From Verrucomicrobia bacterium UBA3841 (GTDB lineage Bacteria; Verrucomicrobiota; Kiritimatiellia; RFP12; UBA1067): a stretch of 64,000 bases of DNA. This document shows positions 1-9,400 of the stretch, in pieces (positions within the stretch are counted from its first letter, which is position 1; each line of letters begins with the position of its first letter). Where the stretch lies: NCBI GenBank assembly GCA_002392765.1, contig DGHT01000014.1:38951-102950 (forward strand). The letters run 5' to 3'. The notes below the pieces were generated by a model. The model worked only from the letters and a program-made list of their open reading frames with translations. It searched no databases and was not told where the DNA came from. Both the position numbers and the translations under genes were made by a program.

Positions 1-1426
1 GCGCGCCGACGTCGCACTCGACGTTGAATTCGCGTTTGAGACGGTCGACGATGACTTCGAGGTAGAGTTCGCCCATGCCGGCGATGATCGTCTCGCTCGT
101 CTCCTGGTCGTAGCTGACGACGAACGTCGGGTCTTCCATCGCGAGCGCGTGCAGCGCGACGCCGAGCTTTTCGTTGTCGCCGCGGCTCTTCGGCTTGACG
201 GCGACGGAAATGACGGGCGCCGGGAAGTCGATGGACTCGAGCGTGATCGGGTTGGCGGGGTCGCAGAGCGTGTCGCCCGTTCTCGTCTGAGTCAGGCCGA
301 CGCACGCGACGATGTCTCCGGCGCGCGCTTCTTCAAGAGGCTCCTGCTTGTTGGCGTGCATGCGGAACAGACGGCTGATGCGCTGTTCCTGGTTGATCGT
401 GGAGTCGAGAAGCTCGGCTCCGAGCTTCAGCGTTCCCGAATAGACGCGCACGAACGTGATCTTGCCCATGTTCTTGTCGGACATGATCTTGAACGCCAGG
501 CCGCAGAACGGCTCGTCGTCGCTGGGCTCGCGCTTCTGGGACGGATCGTCGGCGGAAACCGCCGCGCCCGTGTCGAGAGGCGAGGGAAGGTAGTCGCAGA
601 TCGCGTCGAGAAGCGGCTGGACGCCCTTGTCCTTGAACGCGCTGCCGCAGAACGCGGGAGTGATCGTCCGCGCAAGGCACCCCTTGCGGATGGCGGCCTT
701 GATTTCGTCGACCGTGAGTTCCTCGCCCGCGAAGAACTTCTCCATCAGGGCGTCGTCCTGCTCCGCGGCGGACTCGACCATCTTCTGACGGTATTCTTGG
801 GCCTTTTCGAGATATTCCTCGGGGATGTCCTTTTCGATGACGTTCTTGCCGAGGCTCTTCATGTCGAAGTAGAGCGCTTTCATGCGCACGAGGTCGATGA
901 CGCCCTCGAAGGATTCAGCCGCGCCGATCGGTATGACCATCGGTACGGGATTCGCCTTGAGCTGCGTGCGCATCTGCTCCATGACGTTGTAGAAGTTCGC
1001 GCCGACGCGGTCCATCTTGTTGACGAACGCAATCTTCGGGACCTTGTACTTCTCGCTCTGACGCCAGACCTGCTCGGACTGGGGCTGGACGCCGCCGACG
1101 GCGCAATAGAGAGCGACGGCTCCGTCGAGAACGCGCAGGGAGCGCTCGACCTCGGCCGTGAAGTCAACGTGTCCGGGGGTGTCGATCAGCGCGAGGCGGT
1201 ACTGCCCCCACATGACCGTCGTAGCCGCAGACTGGATCGTGATGCCGCGCTCCTGCTCCTGGACCATGAAGTCCATCGTCGCAGCGCCGTCATGCACCTC
1301 GCCAATCTTGTAGTTTTTGCCCGAATAATACAAAATACGCTCGGAAGTGGTCGTCTTGCCACCATCGATGTGGGCCATGATGCCGAAATTACGCACTCTT
1401 TCGAGCGGTATGTCACGCTTTGCCAT
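1..1426 (-). CDS. fusA: Elongation factor G (translational GTPase); C-terminal part lies beyond the window start
   Basis: Absent from the ORF track because it runs off the edge. Hand translation of the minus strand from ATG (1426..1424) gives [107 protein letters not shown], with the GTPase motifs in EF-G arrangement. GGAG lies 5 nt upstream of the ATG. ORF 149..1438(+) is its antisense shadow. Confidence 0.93.
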   Translation of the reverse strand, partial: MAKRDIPLERVRNFGIMAHIDGGKTTTSERILYYSGKNYKIGEVHDGAATMDFMVQEQERGITIQSAATTVMWGQYRLALIDTPGHVDFTAEVERSLRVLDGAVALYCAVGGVQPQSEQVWRQSEKYKVPKIAFVNKMDRVGANFYNVMEQMRTQLKANPVPMVIPIGAAESFEGVIDLVRMKALYFDMKSLGKNVIEKDIPEEYLEKAQEYRQKMVESAAEQDDALMEKFFAGEELTVDEIKAAIRKGCLARTITPAFCGSAFKDKGVQPLLDAICDYLPSPLDTGAAVSADDPSQKREPSDDEPFCGLAFKIMSDKNMGKITFVRVYSGTLKLGAELLDSTINQEQRISRLFRMHANKQEPLEEARAGDIVACVGLTQTRTGDTLCDPANPITLESIDFPAPVISVAVKPKSRGDNEKLGVALHALAMEDPTFVVSYDQETSETIIAGMGELYLEVIVDRLKREFNVECDVGA

Positions 1427-1464
1427 TGTGTCTCCTAGTTTAGGTATTTGAACATATAAATAAT

Positions 1465-1494
1465 ATTATATCGAAAAACACCCCATTTGGGCAA
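1465..1494 (-). promoter_or_regulatory. Candidate sigma70-type promoter for fusA
   Basis: Minus strand reads TTGCCC - 18 nt - TATAAT (-35 at 1494..1489, -10 at 1470..1465), about 35 nt upstream of the fusA ATG in an AT-rich spacer. Confidence 0.4.
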
Positions 1495-1632
1495 GTGTTT
1501 TTTTTGGGGATCGGTAAATTTGGCGCGCACCGCTTCGAACGCCCAAATAAAATCTTTATCCCGGTGAGCTGAATTTGCAATTTCTATTTTCAATTTTGCA
1601 AGAAATTCCACTACACCAAAACTCTCCAGTTG

Positions 1633-1641
1633 TGGTATAAT
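1633..1641 (+). promoter_or_regulatory. Candidate extended -10 element (TGgTATAAT) facing the 1802 gene
   Basis: Plus strand has TGGTATAAT at 1633..1641. The -35 region (TACACC) is weak. It would give a leader of roughly 155 nt. Confidence 0.3.
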
Positions 1642-1801
1642 TTTTATGAGCCACTTGCAAAACCTACTTGTTTGTCTCACGCAAAGTACGCTAAGTTCGC
1701 AAAGCAACCCTAAAAACACGGCTTCGCGCACTTCTCGAACTTCGCGTAAGATATATTCGGGAGTTATGCAATTGCCTCTTATGTTTTACAAAGGTTTATA
1801 T

Positions 1802-4189
1802 ATGTCTACATATACTTCTACAATTAAAGTTGCAGTTTTGACGGCAATGTTCGCGACAGTCCGGCTCTCAGCCGGAGCGGCGCTGAAGGTGACGACTGTT
1901 TCCCAAGTGACGAGACCTTATAGCTCCACGTATGGCGCGGAGCAGATAAGCGGCATCACTTATGCCGGAGGCGACCTATACTACGCCGTCGACGACAACG
2001 ATAAGAAATTATATCCGATCACGCTGAAGATCAACCGCGAAACTGGTTCGCTTGCGTCGGGGACAAACGGAATGGACATCGGGACAGGCGTTGTTATGTC
2101 CGGCGGCAATGACATGGAGGGATGCGCATTCGATCCGGCGTCCGGCAAGGTGTGGATTTCACAGGAGACGAGCGCGCTCATCCGCGAGTTCGATCCATCG
2201 AGTGGCGATCTTCTCCGCTCGGCTCCGGTTCCCGCCGTGCAAAAGCAGTATGCCGGGAACTACAGCCTTGAGGCGCTGACCATCTCCGGCGACGGAATGA
2301 CGATGTGGACTTGCAACGAAGAGGCGTTGAAGGTCGATGGAAATCTTGCTACGAACTCGGTCGGTTCCGTGGTGCGACTGACGCGGTTCACGCGCGAGTC
2401 GGTCTATGACAACTGGACGCCGAACGGTGAATGGGCGTATGAGACGCAGCCTATCGGATCTGTAAAAGATGAACACACACGAAGCGGAGCCTCTGGACTC
2501 TGTGCGCTGCCAGACGGCACTCTGCTTGTTCTTGAAAGGCGCTGCTACAACCCGGAGGGATGGTTCCCTGATTTTCAGGTTCGCATCTACCAGGTTGACT
2601 TCACAGGTGCAGACGACGTCTCGTCCATTGCGTCGCTTAAGACCGCCACATACAAGAAGGTGTCCAAGACGCAGCTGTGGGAATACCATCACGGCAGCGA
2701 TATGCCGAACTACGAGGGCATGTGCCTCGGGCCGAGCCTGAATGACGGTTCCTGCATGATCGTGCTTGTAAGCGACGGCGGTTCATACGCGGAGGAGGGA
2801 GTCTTCACGCTTAAGCTCTCTGGACTCAACATCCGCACCGTCAATTTCACGAAGCCCGGGGTTGGATCGTCGTCGATCGTCGGCGGACCCTATCGCTACA
2901 TGGACGGCACGAAAATCAGCCTGTCTGTAGCGGGCGCGGAATACGCGTCGGCGTACACGAACAACGCGGCGAGCTGCACAAACGTCGCGTGGAACCTGAC
3001 CGGAACGGCAAGCGGCCTTATGGATTGGGGTTCCGGCTCGTCGGCGTCGTTTACAGTCAACGAAGACTGCACCTTTTCGTGGGGCTTCAAGTCCAACGTC
3101 GCAGCGACACCGATTGATAACGCCGACAGTTTTGAAATCTATCCTGCCGGCGCGCTCGCATCCGACGGCGGGGTCGGAGCCTGGACCGGGGAGGCGGAAG
3201 TCGTCGCGGCGGATTACACGCCGCCGAATCCGCCCGGATTCCCGATGCCCAAGGACGCGCACACGAAAGTTCTCGATATCGAGGATTCGGCCTCGCGCGT
3301 ATTCTCCTGCACGACGAACGGAAACGATGTGCTCGATATGATGATCGCCGTCAACAGGCGCTCAGACGACGAGCCGCCGCTGGAACTGGATGGCAAAGAG
3401 AAAGTAGTCATCGTATGCGACACGGACGGCAGGCTGAAGCTTCTCTGCCGCGATGCGGACGGCAAGGAGGTCTGGGTCGCGCTTTCGGACACCGCATACC
3501 GGAACGGCGACTGGGTGAGGCTTTCGATTTCGCTCGACTCCACCGCGAAGCCCGGCGAGACATACGCGCTCGTGCGCATCAACGGCGAAGCATGTGTGAC
3601 GGACTTCGGCGTGCGCTCCCCGCTCGACGCGGCGAACCGCGGCGCATGGCACAGGACGCTTTCGGCGAACGGCGGCGGACGGATATGCGCGCTAGATCTG
3701 CGCGGCGCGCTCAAGGTGGACGATGTCATAAAGACGACCCAGGATTTCGAGACGGAGCTTTCGGCCGAGACAACGCAAATCGACGGCGTGAGCGTGGCCT
3801 GGCTGAAGTCCAAGGGGCTCGGTCTCAATCCCGAAGCGCCCGCGCCCGGCGCAAATCTGAGGAAGCTCGGCTATATTCTCGGCGACATATACGACGCCGG
3901 ACTCGACCCGGCGAAGGACGAGCCTTTCGACATCACGGGAATCAGAATCCTTGACGACGGGAGAATTGAAATTTCGTTCAACGGCGTACGCGAGGATCTC
4001 GGCAGGGATGCCCGCGCCGCTCTCTATCCCGTATACTGGATGGGAACGATCGGCGCGACGGAGTCGCCGGTAGAGGGGTCGACGGAGATTGCCGTGGACG
4101 GCGGCGTGAAGCGCACCGTCTGGACGAGCAAAGACCCGCTCACCGAAACGCAGGGCTTCTACCGAGTGAGGGTGAACAGCGGAAGATAG
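1802..4189 (+). CDS. Secreted protein with an N-terminal phytase-like esterase domain and a long unassigned C-terminal region
   Basis: ORF 1646..4189. I place the start at ATG 1802 (MSTYTSTIKVAVLTAMFATVRLSAGAA, a signal-like N-terminus); ATGs at 1766 and 1781 cannot be excluded. Segments GISGITYAGGDLYYAVDDNDKKLY, MEGCAFDP, NYSLEALTISGDG and SGASGLCALPDGTLLVLERRC resemble the 'esterase-like activity of phytase' family by eye. The C-terminal ~400 aa are unrecognised. Confidence 0.55.
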   Translation: MSTYTSTIKVAVLTAMFATVRLSAGAALKVTTVSQVTRPYSSTYGAEQISGITYAGGDLYYAVDDNDKKLYPITLKINRETGSLASGTNGMDIGTGVVMSGGNDMEGCAFDPASGKVWISQETSALIREFDPSSGDLLRSAPVPAVQKQYAGNYSLEALTISGDGMTMWTCNEEALKVDGNLATNSVGSVVRLTRFTRESVYDNWTPNGEWAYETQPIGSVKDEHTRSGASGLCALPDGTLLVLERRCYNPEGWFPDFQVRIYQVDFTGADDVSSIASLKTATYKKVSKTQLWEYHHGSDMPNYEGMCLGPSLNDGSCMIVLVSDGGSYAEEGVFTLKLSGLNIRTVNFTKPGVGSSSIVGGPYRYMDGTKISLSVAGAEYASAYTNNAASCTNVAWNLTGTASGLMDWGSGSSASFTVNEDCTFSWGFKSNVAATPIDNADSFEIYPAGALASDGGVGAWTGEAEVVAADYTPPNPPGFPMPKDAHTKVLDIEDSASRVFSCTTNGNDVLDMMIAVNRRSDDEPPLELDGKEKVVIVCDTDGRLKLLCRDADGKEVWVALSDTAYRNGDWVRLSISLDSTAKPGETYALVRINGEACVTDFGVRSPLDAANRGAWHRTLSANGGGRICALDLRGALKVDDVIKTTQDFETELSAETTQIDGVSVAWLKSKGLGLNPEAPAPGANLRKLGYILGDIYDAGLDPAKDEPFDITGIRILDDGRIEISFNGVREDLGRDARAALYPVYWMGTIGATESPVEGSTEIAVDGGVKRTVWTSKDPLTETQGFYRVRVNSGR

Positions 4190-4202
4190 CCGCTGTCCGC
4201 AG

Positions 4203-4757
4203 TTACGCGCGAGCACCGGCGGACAGCGAAAATTCGCAGCCGCACCATGACTGGCGGTACAGGCCGAGCACCGCGGAGCGTTCGAGAGAGCGCAGGAAAC
4301 CGTTCTTCTTCTTGAAGTCGATTTCGAGAAAATCGACGCCGTGTTCGCGCGCCGCTGCGCGGCCGGCCTCGAAAACCATGCTCGAAATCTTGTGCGGGGA
4401 TATGGTAAGAGACGTCGTGAAGGCCGCGTAGCCGTGAGATGCCGCGTACGCCGCGGCGCGTCTCATGCTGAAAAGAAAACAGCGCGCGCACCTCATACCC
4501 TTCTCCGGATCGCATTCGTGTCCGGCGGCGGCGTCCCGGAGCCAGGAATCGTGATCGTACGGATCGACCGCTATGTCCGCACCGTCCGCCGCAGCAAGTC
4601 TGCGCGCCTGTTCGAGGCGGAGGTTGAACTCCTCCGCGGTGTTGATGTTCGAATTGGAGAAGTAGAGCGAAACGCCGCAGTCCGGCCGCTCCTCCCTGAA
4701 TCGAGGCAGCGCCCCGCTCGCGCAGGGTCCGCAGCATACGTGCAGAAGCGCGTTCAA
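4203..4757 (-). CDS. queH: Epoxyqueuosine reductase QueH (DUF208 family)
   Basis: 184 aa. It has the N-terminal LLHVCCGPCASG cysteine cluster plus RCARCF and C-terminal CGCEFS motifs typical of QueH. Its start overlaps the panB stop by 4 nt. Confidence 0.8.
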   Translation of the reverse strand: MNALLHVCCGPCASGALPRFREERPDCGVSLYFSNSNINTAEEFNLRLEQARRLAAADGADIAVDPYDHDSWLRDAAAGHECDPEKGMRCARCFLFSMRRAAAYAASHGYAAFTTSLTISPHKISSMVFEAGRAAAREHGVDFLEIDFKKKNGFLRSLERSAVLGLYRQSWCGCEFSLSAGARA

Positions 4758-5527
4758 GACGGAAACGCTCCGTTCGCCACGTCATCCACGTAGCGGGCGA
4801 ACGCCTTGCGCGCCTCGTCCGCGAAGTCGGCGTATTTCCTGGCGAACGGCGGAGGATTGGCGTTCAGTCCGAGAAGATCGTGCATCACGAGCCACTGCGC
4901 GTCGCACCCGCCTCCGGCGCCGACTCCGATCGTTACGATTCCGAGGCACGAGGTTATTTCCGCTGCAAGATCGGACGGGATGCATTCGAGAGTGACGGCG
5001 AACGCGCCGGCCGCCTCGACCGCCCGCGCGTCGCGCATTATCTTCTCGGCCGCCTCGCGGGTCTTGCCCTGCCGCTTGAACCCGCCGTACTCGTTGACGC
5101 TCTGCGGCATCATTCCGACATGGGCGAGGACGGGGATGCCGCACTCGACAAAACGGCGGATCAGCGGAGCGAAAGATTCGCCGCCTTCAAGTTTGACGGC
5201 GTCCGCCCCGGCCTTTAGACACTTGACGGCGTTCGCGACGGCCTCGTCCGCGCCGCACTGGTATGAACCGAACGGCATGTCGGCCACGACAAGCGCATCC
5301 TTGGCCGCCCGCGCCACAGCCGCCGTCGCCATGAGAGTATGCTCCATCGTCACGGGAATGGTGGTTTCGAAACCGAGGGTCGTCATCCCCATCGAATCGC
5401 CGACAAGCAGTATCGGCACCCCGGCTTCGTCCGCCAGCCGGGCGAAGCACGCGTCGTACGCCGTGGCGCAACCGAGCTTGCGCACTCCCTTGGCCGCCCT
5501 GATCGCGGCGACATTCCACTTTTTCAC
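4754..5527 (-). CDS. panB: 3-methyl-2-oxobutanoate hydroxymethyltransferase
   Basis: 257 aa. ATAYDACFARLADEAGVPILLVGDSMGMTTLGFETTIPVTMEHTL..VVADMPFGSYQ..VKLEGG matches PanB along the full length by eye. Confidence 0.9.
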   Translation of the reverse strand: MKKWNVAAIRAAKGVRKLGCATAYDACFARLADEAGVPILLVGDSMGMTTLGFETTIPVTMEHTLMATAAVARAAKDALVVADMPFGSYQCGADEAVANAVKCLKAGADAVKLEGGESFAPLIRRFVECGIPVLAHVGMMPQSVNEYGGFKRQGKTREAAEKIMRDARAVEAAGAFAVTLECIPSDLAAEITSCLGIVTIGVGAGGGCDAQWLVMHDLLGLNANPPPFARKYADFADEARKAFARYVDDVANGAFPS

Positions 5528-5543
5528 AGAATCCTCCTGCCTG

Positions 5544-6701
5544 TCAATGCACGTTGCCCCGGCTCGGGTGCGATTTCGCCTTCGGCTTTTCCAGTTTGAG
5601 GAAAGTCGCGAACTTCATCGCCTCGGCCGGTATCTCGTCGCCGGTCGTGTCCGGCATGTCATTCAAATCCAAACCGTGGGGCGCATGCGTATGGTGGAAA
5701 CGCGTCTGCGGCGACACCAGTTCGCGCAGCGCCCGCTTGAACGCTTCTACATCGCCCGACGCGCACGACGTCCTGACCGGGGTGACACCCGTCTCCCTTT
5801 CGAAGCGCGCAAGATTCTCCGCGCTCTCCTCCGCGTCCATCTTGTTGGCGACGACCACGTACGGACGCGACGAAAGTTCCGCGGAATATTCGTCTATTTC
5901 CTTCTTGAGGATTTCGTAATCCTTCCAGGGTTCGCGTCCGTCCGTCCCCGCCATGTCTATCACGTAAACGAGGACTTTGGATCTTTCGAGATGCCTGAGG
6001 AAATCCAGTCCGAGTCCGACGCCCTTCGCCGCCCCTTCGATTATCCCGGGCACGTCCGCGACTGTGATTTTCGCCCAGTCGTCGTACACTACCGTCCCCA
6101 CGATAGGGTTCAGCGTCGTGAACGGATAGCTGGCGATTTTCGGCGTGGCCGACGATATGGCGGAAAGCAGCGAACTCTTCCCGGCGTTGGGAAATCCGAG
6201 CAGACCGGCGTCGGCTATCGTTTTCAGTTCGAGCCTGAGCCGCCTTTCCTCCGCCGCGCCGCCGGGAGTGTGTTCCGTGGGGGCCTGGTTGACCGACGAC
6301 TTGAAATGCACGTTTCCGAATCCGCCGGCACCCCCTTTGGCGACGATCGCGCGCTGGCCGGGCTCGACGATGTCCGCTATGAAAAGGCCCGAATCTTCGT
6401 CGTAGACTTCGGTGCCGGGCGGCACGGGAACGACCAGATCCTTCCCGCGGCGCCCGGACATCTTCTGTCCCTGGCCGGGCGCTCCGTCTTCCGCGAAGCA
6501 TTTCGGATCGTAGAAAAGGGAAAGGAGGGAATTGACGTGCTCGGAGGCGACGAATACGACATCGCCCCCGCGCCCGCCGTCGCCGCCGTCGGGTCCGCCG
6601 AACTCGACAAGGGCCTCGCGGCGGAACGACATCGCCCCGTCGCCGCCCTTGCCGGAACGGACGAGCACCGTGACCTGGTCTATGAACGTTTTCGACTTCA
6701 C
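5544..6701 (-). CDS. obg: GTPase Obg/CgtA
   Basis: 385 aa. Obg fold FIDQVTVLVRSGKGGDGAMSFRRE..GGPDGGDGGRGGDV, then G-domain GFPNAGKSSLL, DVPGIIEGA and NKMD. There is a C-terminal extension of about 45 aa. Confidence 0.93.
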   Translation of the reverse strand: MKSKTFIDQVTVLVRSGKGGDGAMSFRREALVEFGGPDGGDGGRGGDVVFVASEHVNSLLSLFYDPKCFAEDGAPGQGQKMSGRRGKDLVVPVPPGTEVYDEDSGLFIADIVEPGQRAIVAKGGAGGFGNVHFKSSVNQAPTEHTPGGAAEERRLRLELKTIADAGLLGFPNAGKSSLLSAISSATPKIASYPFTTLNPIVGTVVYDDWAKITVADVPGIIEGAAKGVGLGLDFLRHLERSKVLVYVIDMAGTDGREPWKDYEILKKEIDEYSAELSSRPYVVVANKMDAEESAENLARFERETGVTPVRTSCASGDVEAFKRALRELVSPQTRFHHTHAPHGLDLNDMPDTTGDEIPAEAMKFATFLKLEKPKAKSHPSRGNVH

Positions 6702-6716
6702 GGATGCGTATGCGCC

Positions 6717-7865
6717 TTACATGAGGCTCGTGTAGAGCTTCTGGATATCCTTGACCGTGCAGTCGCGCGGATTGCCCGGGCGGCATGCGTCCGCATAGGC
6801 GGATTCCGAGAGGAACTTGACGTCCTCTTTCTTCAGCACACCCTTTAGATCCGGCGGAATGCCGACATCGGCGGCGAGCTTTTCGACCGCCGCGATAGCG
6901 GCTTTCCTGGCGTCGGCGAGCGACATCGCCTCGACGCCCTTGACGCCCATCGCGGCGGCTATCTGGCGGTATTTGCCGCCCGACTTCGAAGCGTTGAACT
7001 TCATCGCCGTCGGAAGCAGTATCGCGCACGCCTTTCCGTGAGGCATGTCGTAGAGGGCCGAAAGGCCGTGCGCCATCGCGTGGTCGATTCCGAGGCCGAC
7101 GTTGGAAAAGCCCATGCCGGCGATATACTGGCCGAGCGCCATGCCCTCGCGCCCCTTGGGATCGTTGGCTACGGCCGCCCTCAGCGATTGTGAAATCAGA
7201 CGGATCGCTTCAAGGTGCATCATGTCCGTCATGGCGCACGCGCCCTTGGTGATGAACCCTTCGATGGCGTGGGTGAGAGCGTCCATTCCGGTGAACGCGG
7301 TAAGACCCTTGGGCATGGAAGACATCATGTCCGGATCGACGAAAGCGACGCACGGGATGTCGTGCGGGTCGATGCAGACGAATTTGCGGTGCTTTTCCTC
7401 GTCGGTGATGACGTAGTTGATCGTCACCTCGGCGGCGGTGCCGGCAGTCGTCGGGACGGCCAGGATCGGCTTGGACGGCTTCTTCGTAGGCGCCACGCCC
7501 TCGAGGCTGCGCACGTCGGCGAAGGAGGGGTTCGCGGCGATTATGCCCACCGCCTTCGCGGTGTCGATGGACGATCCGCCGCCAATGGCGACGATGCAGT
7601 CGGCCTTCGCCTTCTTGAACGCCTTCACACCGCTCTTGACGTTTTCTATCGTGGGATTCGGCTTGATTCCGGTGTAGAGCGCGTACGGAACGCCCGCTTT
7701 CTCCAAAAGGCCCGTGACCTTCGCCGAGACGCCGAATTTGACGAGATCCGGATCGGAGAACACGATGGGTTTCTTGAGGCCGCGCGCCTTGAGTTCCGCG
7801 GTTATGGACGCGATGGCGCCTTTGCCGTGGTATGAAGTTTCATTCAGGATAATTCTTGTTGCCAT
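6717..7865 (-). CDS. Iron-containing (group III) alcohol dehydrogenase, lactaldehyde/propanediol reductase-like
   Basis: 382 aa with GGGSSIDTAKAV, PTTAGTAAEVT and the metal-binding histidines (HAMAHGLSALYDMPHG). Confidence 0.85.
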   Translation of the reverse strand: MATRIILNETSYHGKGAIASITAELKARGLKKPIVFSDPDLVKFGVSAKVTGLLEKAGVPYALYTGIKPNPTIENVKSGVKAFKKAKADCIVAIGGGSSIDTAKAVGIIAANPSFADVRSLEGVAPTKKPSKPILAVPTTAGTAAEVTINYVITDEEKHRKFVCIDPHDIPCVAFVDPDMMSSMPKGLTAFTGMDALTHAIEGFITKGACAMTDMMHLEAIRLISQSLRAAVANDPKGREGMALGQYIAGMGFSNVGLGIDHAMAHGLSALYDMPHGKACAILLPTAMKFNASKSGGKYRQIAAAMGVKGVEAMSLADARKAAIAAVEKLAADVGIPPDLKGVLKKEDVKFLSESAYADACRPGNPRDCTVKDIQKLYTSLM

Positions 7866-7898
7866 GCCACAATCTCCTTGGATTTTGGATTTTCCGGT

Positions 7899-7927
7899 AT
7901 TATATCAAAAAAATGGAATCCGTGCAA
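7899..7927 (-). promoter_or_regulatory. Candidate sigma70 promoter for the ADH gene
   Basis: Minus strand reads TTGCAC (7927..7922) - 17 nt - TATAAT (7904..7899), preceded by TGA (extended -10, TGATATAAT). It lies about 35 nt upstream of the ATG at 7865. Confidence 0.55.
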
Positions 7928-7952
7928 TTTCCGCCGCCGCGCGACCCGGCAT

Positions 7953-9179
7953 TCAAGGCTCCAGCATTATCCGGCGGAAGCGTTCTATCTCTTCGCGGGT
8001 TATGCCGCAGTCCAGGAGATAGAGTTCTATGCGCTCGTTCCATGACGAATCCGCGGTGCCGTATTTGCCGAACCCGATGTTGAAATGCCACTCGCTGTTC
8101 CATACGTGGCCTCCATTTTCGCTTTCGTCTCCGCCGGGAAGTCTGGGATAGAACGTCGACTCCCAGTCCGTCTCCAGTCCCTGCCTGGAAACGCCGAGAA
8201 CCCCGTTCAGAACATACGCAAGCGCGCCTGTGCGGTCGGCGCCGCCTATGCAGTGAAAGAGTATCGGATAGTTCTTCGCATCGCAGAACACGCGGAAATT
8301 CTCCGCCATGATCTTCTTGCCGCTGTCGCTGAAGATTTTTTCGTAGGCTTCCGAGGAACGGTGTATGAAAGAAACCTTCGCACCGAGAGGCGAGACGCCG
8401 CACATCCCGGCCGTTTCGCAGTCCGTGCGCAGGTCGAGATCCGTGCGGATTCCGAGCGTTTCCGTCAAATACTCTACGTCCGAAACGGTCAACCGGTTCC
8501 TTCCCTTCGCCACGCCGTCGATGCTGTTCTCGTTGAGCCCGCTCGAGCGGTATATCATGCCCTGGCGCACACGCCTGCCGCCGAGACCCTTCCGTCCGCC
8601 GAGATCGCGGAAGTTTCCGACTTTACTTTCCAAGGAAATCCAGCGCGGAGCGAGATCCTCGGTAACGAACGTTCCGGTCGCGCTGGCGGCGGACGGACGC
8701 TTGTCGCTGCAGCCGCAGTTCCGTGCGTGCGCAAAGCGCCCGCATGTTATATTGCCTGTCACACGCCAGTAGTAGCGCGTCCCGATTTCCAGGTTAAGCA
8801 GGGTCTCTTCGCGGGAGACCGTTCCAGCGCCGCCGCCTTTCTCCTCCGTGCGCCCGGACTGCTTGTCTGCTTTGGCGCTGTTGAAGAGGAACTCGCGCGC
8901 GTCCGAGAGGTCCGGATTCTTCGACACGAGCAGCTCCCACGGTCCGCCTTCGCCGTCCGTCACGCGCCATTTGAACTCCACCGGAACCGGCTTGCGCCAG
9001 ACGCCGGACCCGTGACGCTCCTTTCTCCCGCCGCGGTATTCTTTCAGGACGGCCTCGCGCGCGGACATCGATTCGTTTGCCATGACGGCGCGCTGGCATT
9101 CCGGCAGGAGTTTTACCGTTTCATCCATCGCCGGGGAGACCAGCTCGATGGAAGCGAGAGTTAATGCGCAGAGTATCAT
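7953..9179 (-). CDS. Protein tyrosine/serine phosphatase (CX5R P-loop) with an N-terminal non-catalytic domain
   Basis: ORF 7953..9215 starts at a GTG. I prefer ATG 9179 (MILCALTLASIELV) because the predicted -10 at 9221..9226 would start transcription at about 9214. Active site HCIGGADRTGA; preceding DLRTD and GIRTDLDLR are typical of the Y_phosphatase3-like family by eye. Confidence 0.7.
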   Translation of the reverse strand: MILCALTLASIELVSPAMDETVKLLPECQRAVMANESMSAREAVLKEYRGGRKERHGSGVWRKPVPVEFKWRVTDGEGGPWELLVSKNPDLSDAREFLFNSAKADKQSGRTEEKGGGAGTVSREETLLNLEIGTRYYWRVTGNITCGRFAHARNCGCSDKRPSAASATGTFVTEDLAPRWISLESKVGNFRDLGGRKGLGGRRVRQGMIYRSSGLNENSIDGVAKGRNRLTVSDVEYLTETLGIRTDLDLRTDCETAGMCGVSPLGAKVSFIHRSSEAYEKIFSDSGKKIMAENFRVFCDAKNYPILFHCIGGADRTGALAYVLNGVLGVSRQGLETDWESTFYPRLPGGDESENGGHVWNSEWHFNIGFGKYGTADSSWNERIELYLLDCGITREEIERFRRIMLEP

Positions 9180-9220
9180 ACCGTTTCCTTCGTTGTTTGG
9201 TATCTTTGAATCCACCTGCC

Positions 9221-9249
9221 ATTATATCAAAATTTCGGTATTTCTTCAA
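9221..9249 (-). promoter_or_regulatory. Candidate sigma70 promoter for the phosphatase gene
   Basis: Minus strand reads TTGAAG (9249..9244) - 17 nt - TATAAT (9226..9221) with TGA immediately upstream (TGATATAAT). Confidence 0.5.
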
Positions 9250-9400
9250 AGATGCCGCCCCCCGCTCCGGAAATTGCAAAACCGGGGGAGGGCCGCAAAC
9301 CCCTGCCGGGGCTTCGTGCGGCGGCCCGCCTGCGGCCCGGAGGACGCCCCGGCCCGTCCGCCAGGGCATCCGTTTCGCGGACGGTCGCCGCCGTCTTGCG

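Noticed and set aside
149-1438. 429-aa plus-strand ORF
   Set aside because: It is antisense to a clear EF-G reading frame. It has an Arg/Asp/Leu-rich shadow composition typical of high-GC antisense frames and shows no recognisable motifs.
1435-1731. 98-aa minus-strand ORF filling the AT-rich spacer
   Set aside because: It overlaps both predicted promoters and the fusA RBS. It has no RBS of its own and no recognisable family. AT-rich regions rarely stay open by chance, so this is not fully excluded, but it is unsupported.
4191-4228. 10-bp inverted repeat (CGCTGTCCGC..GCGGACAGCG) as a terminator for the 1802..4189 gene
   Set aside because: The 18-nt loop, the absence of a U-tract and the second arm lying inside the queH coding end mean it may still pause transcription, but it is not a canonical terminator.
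9262-9310. GC-rich imperfect hairpin followed by TTTTG on the minus strand, considered as the GH88 operon terminator
   Set aside because: The arms pair only partially (CCGG and GGG blocks with mismatches), which is too weak to call.
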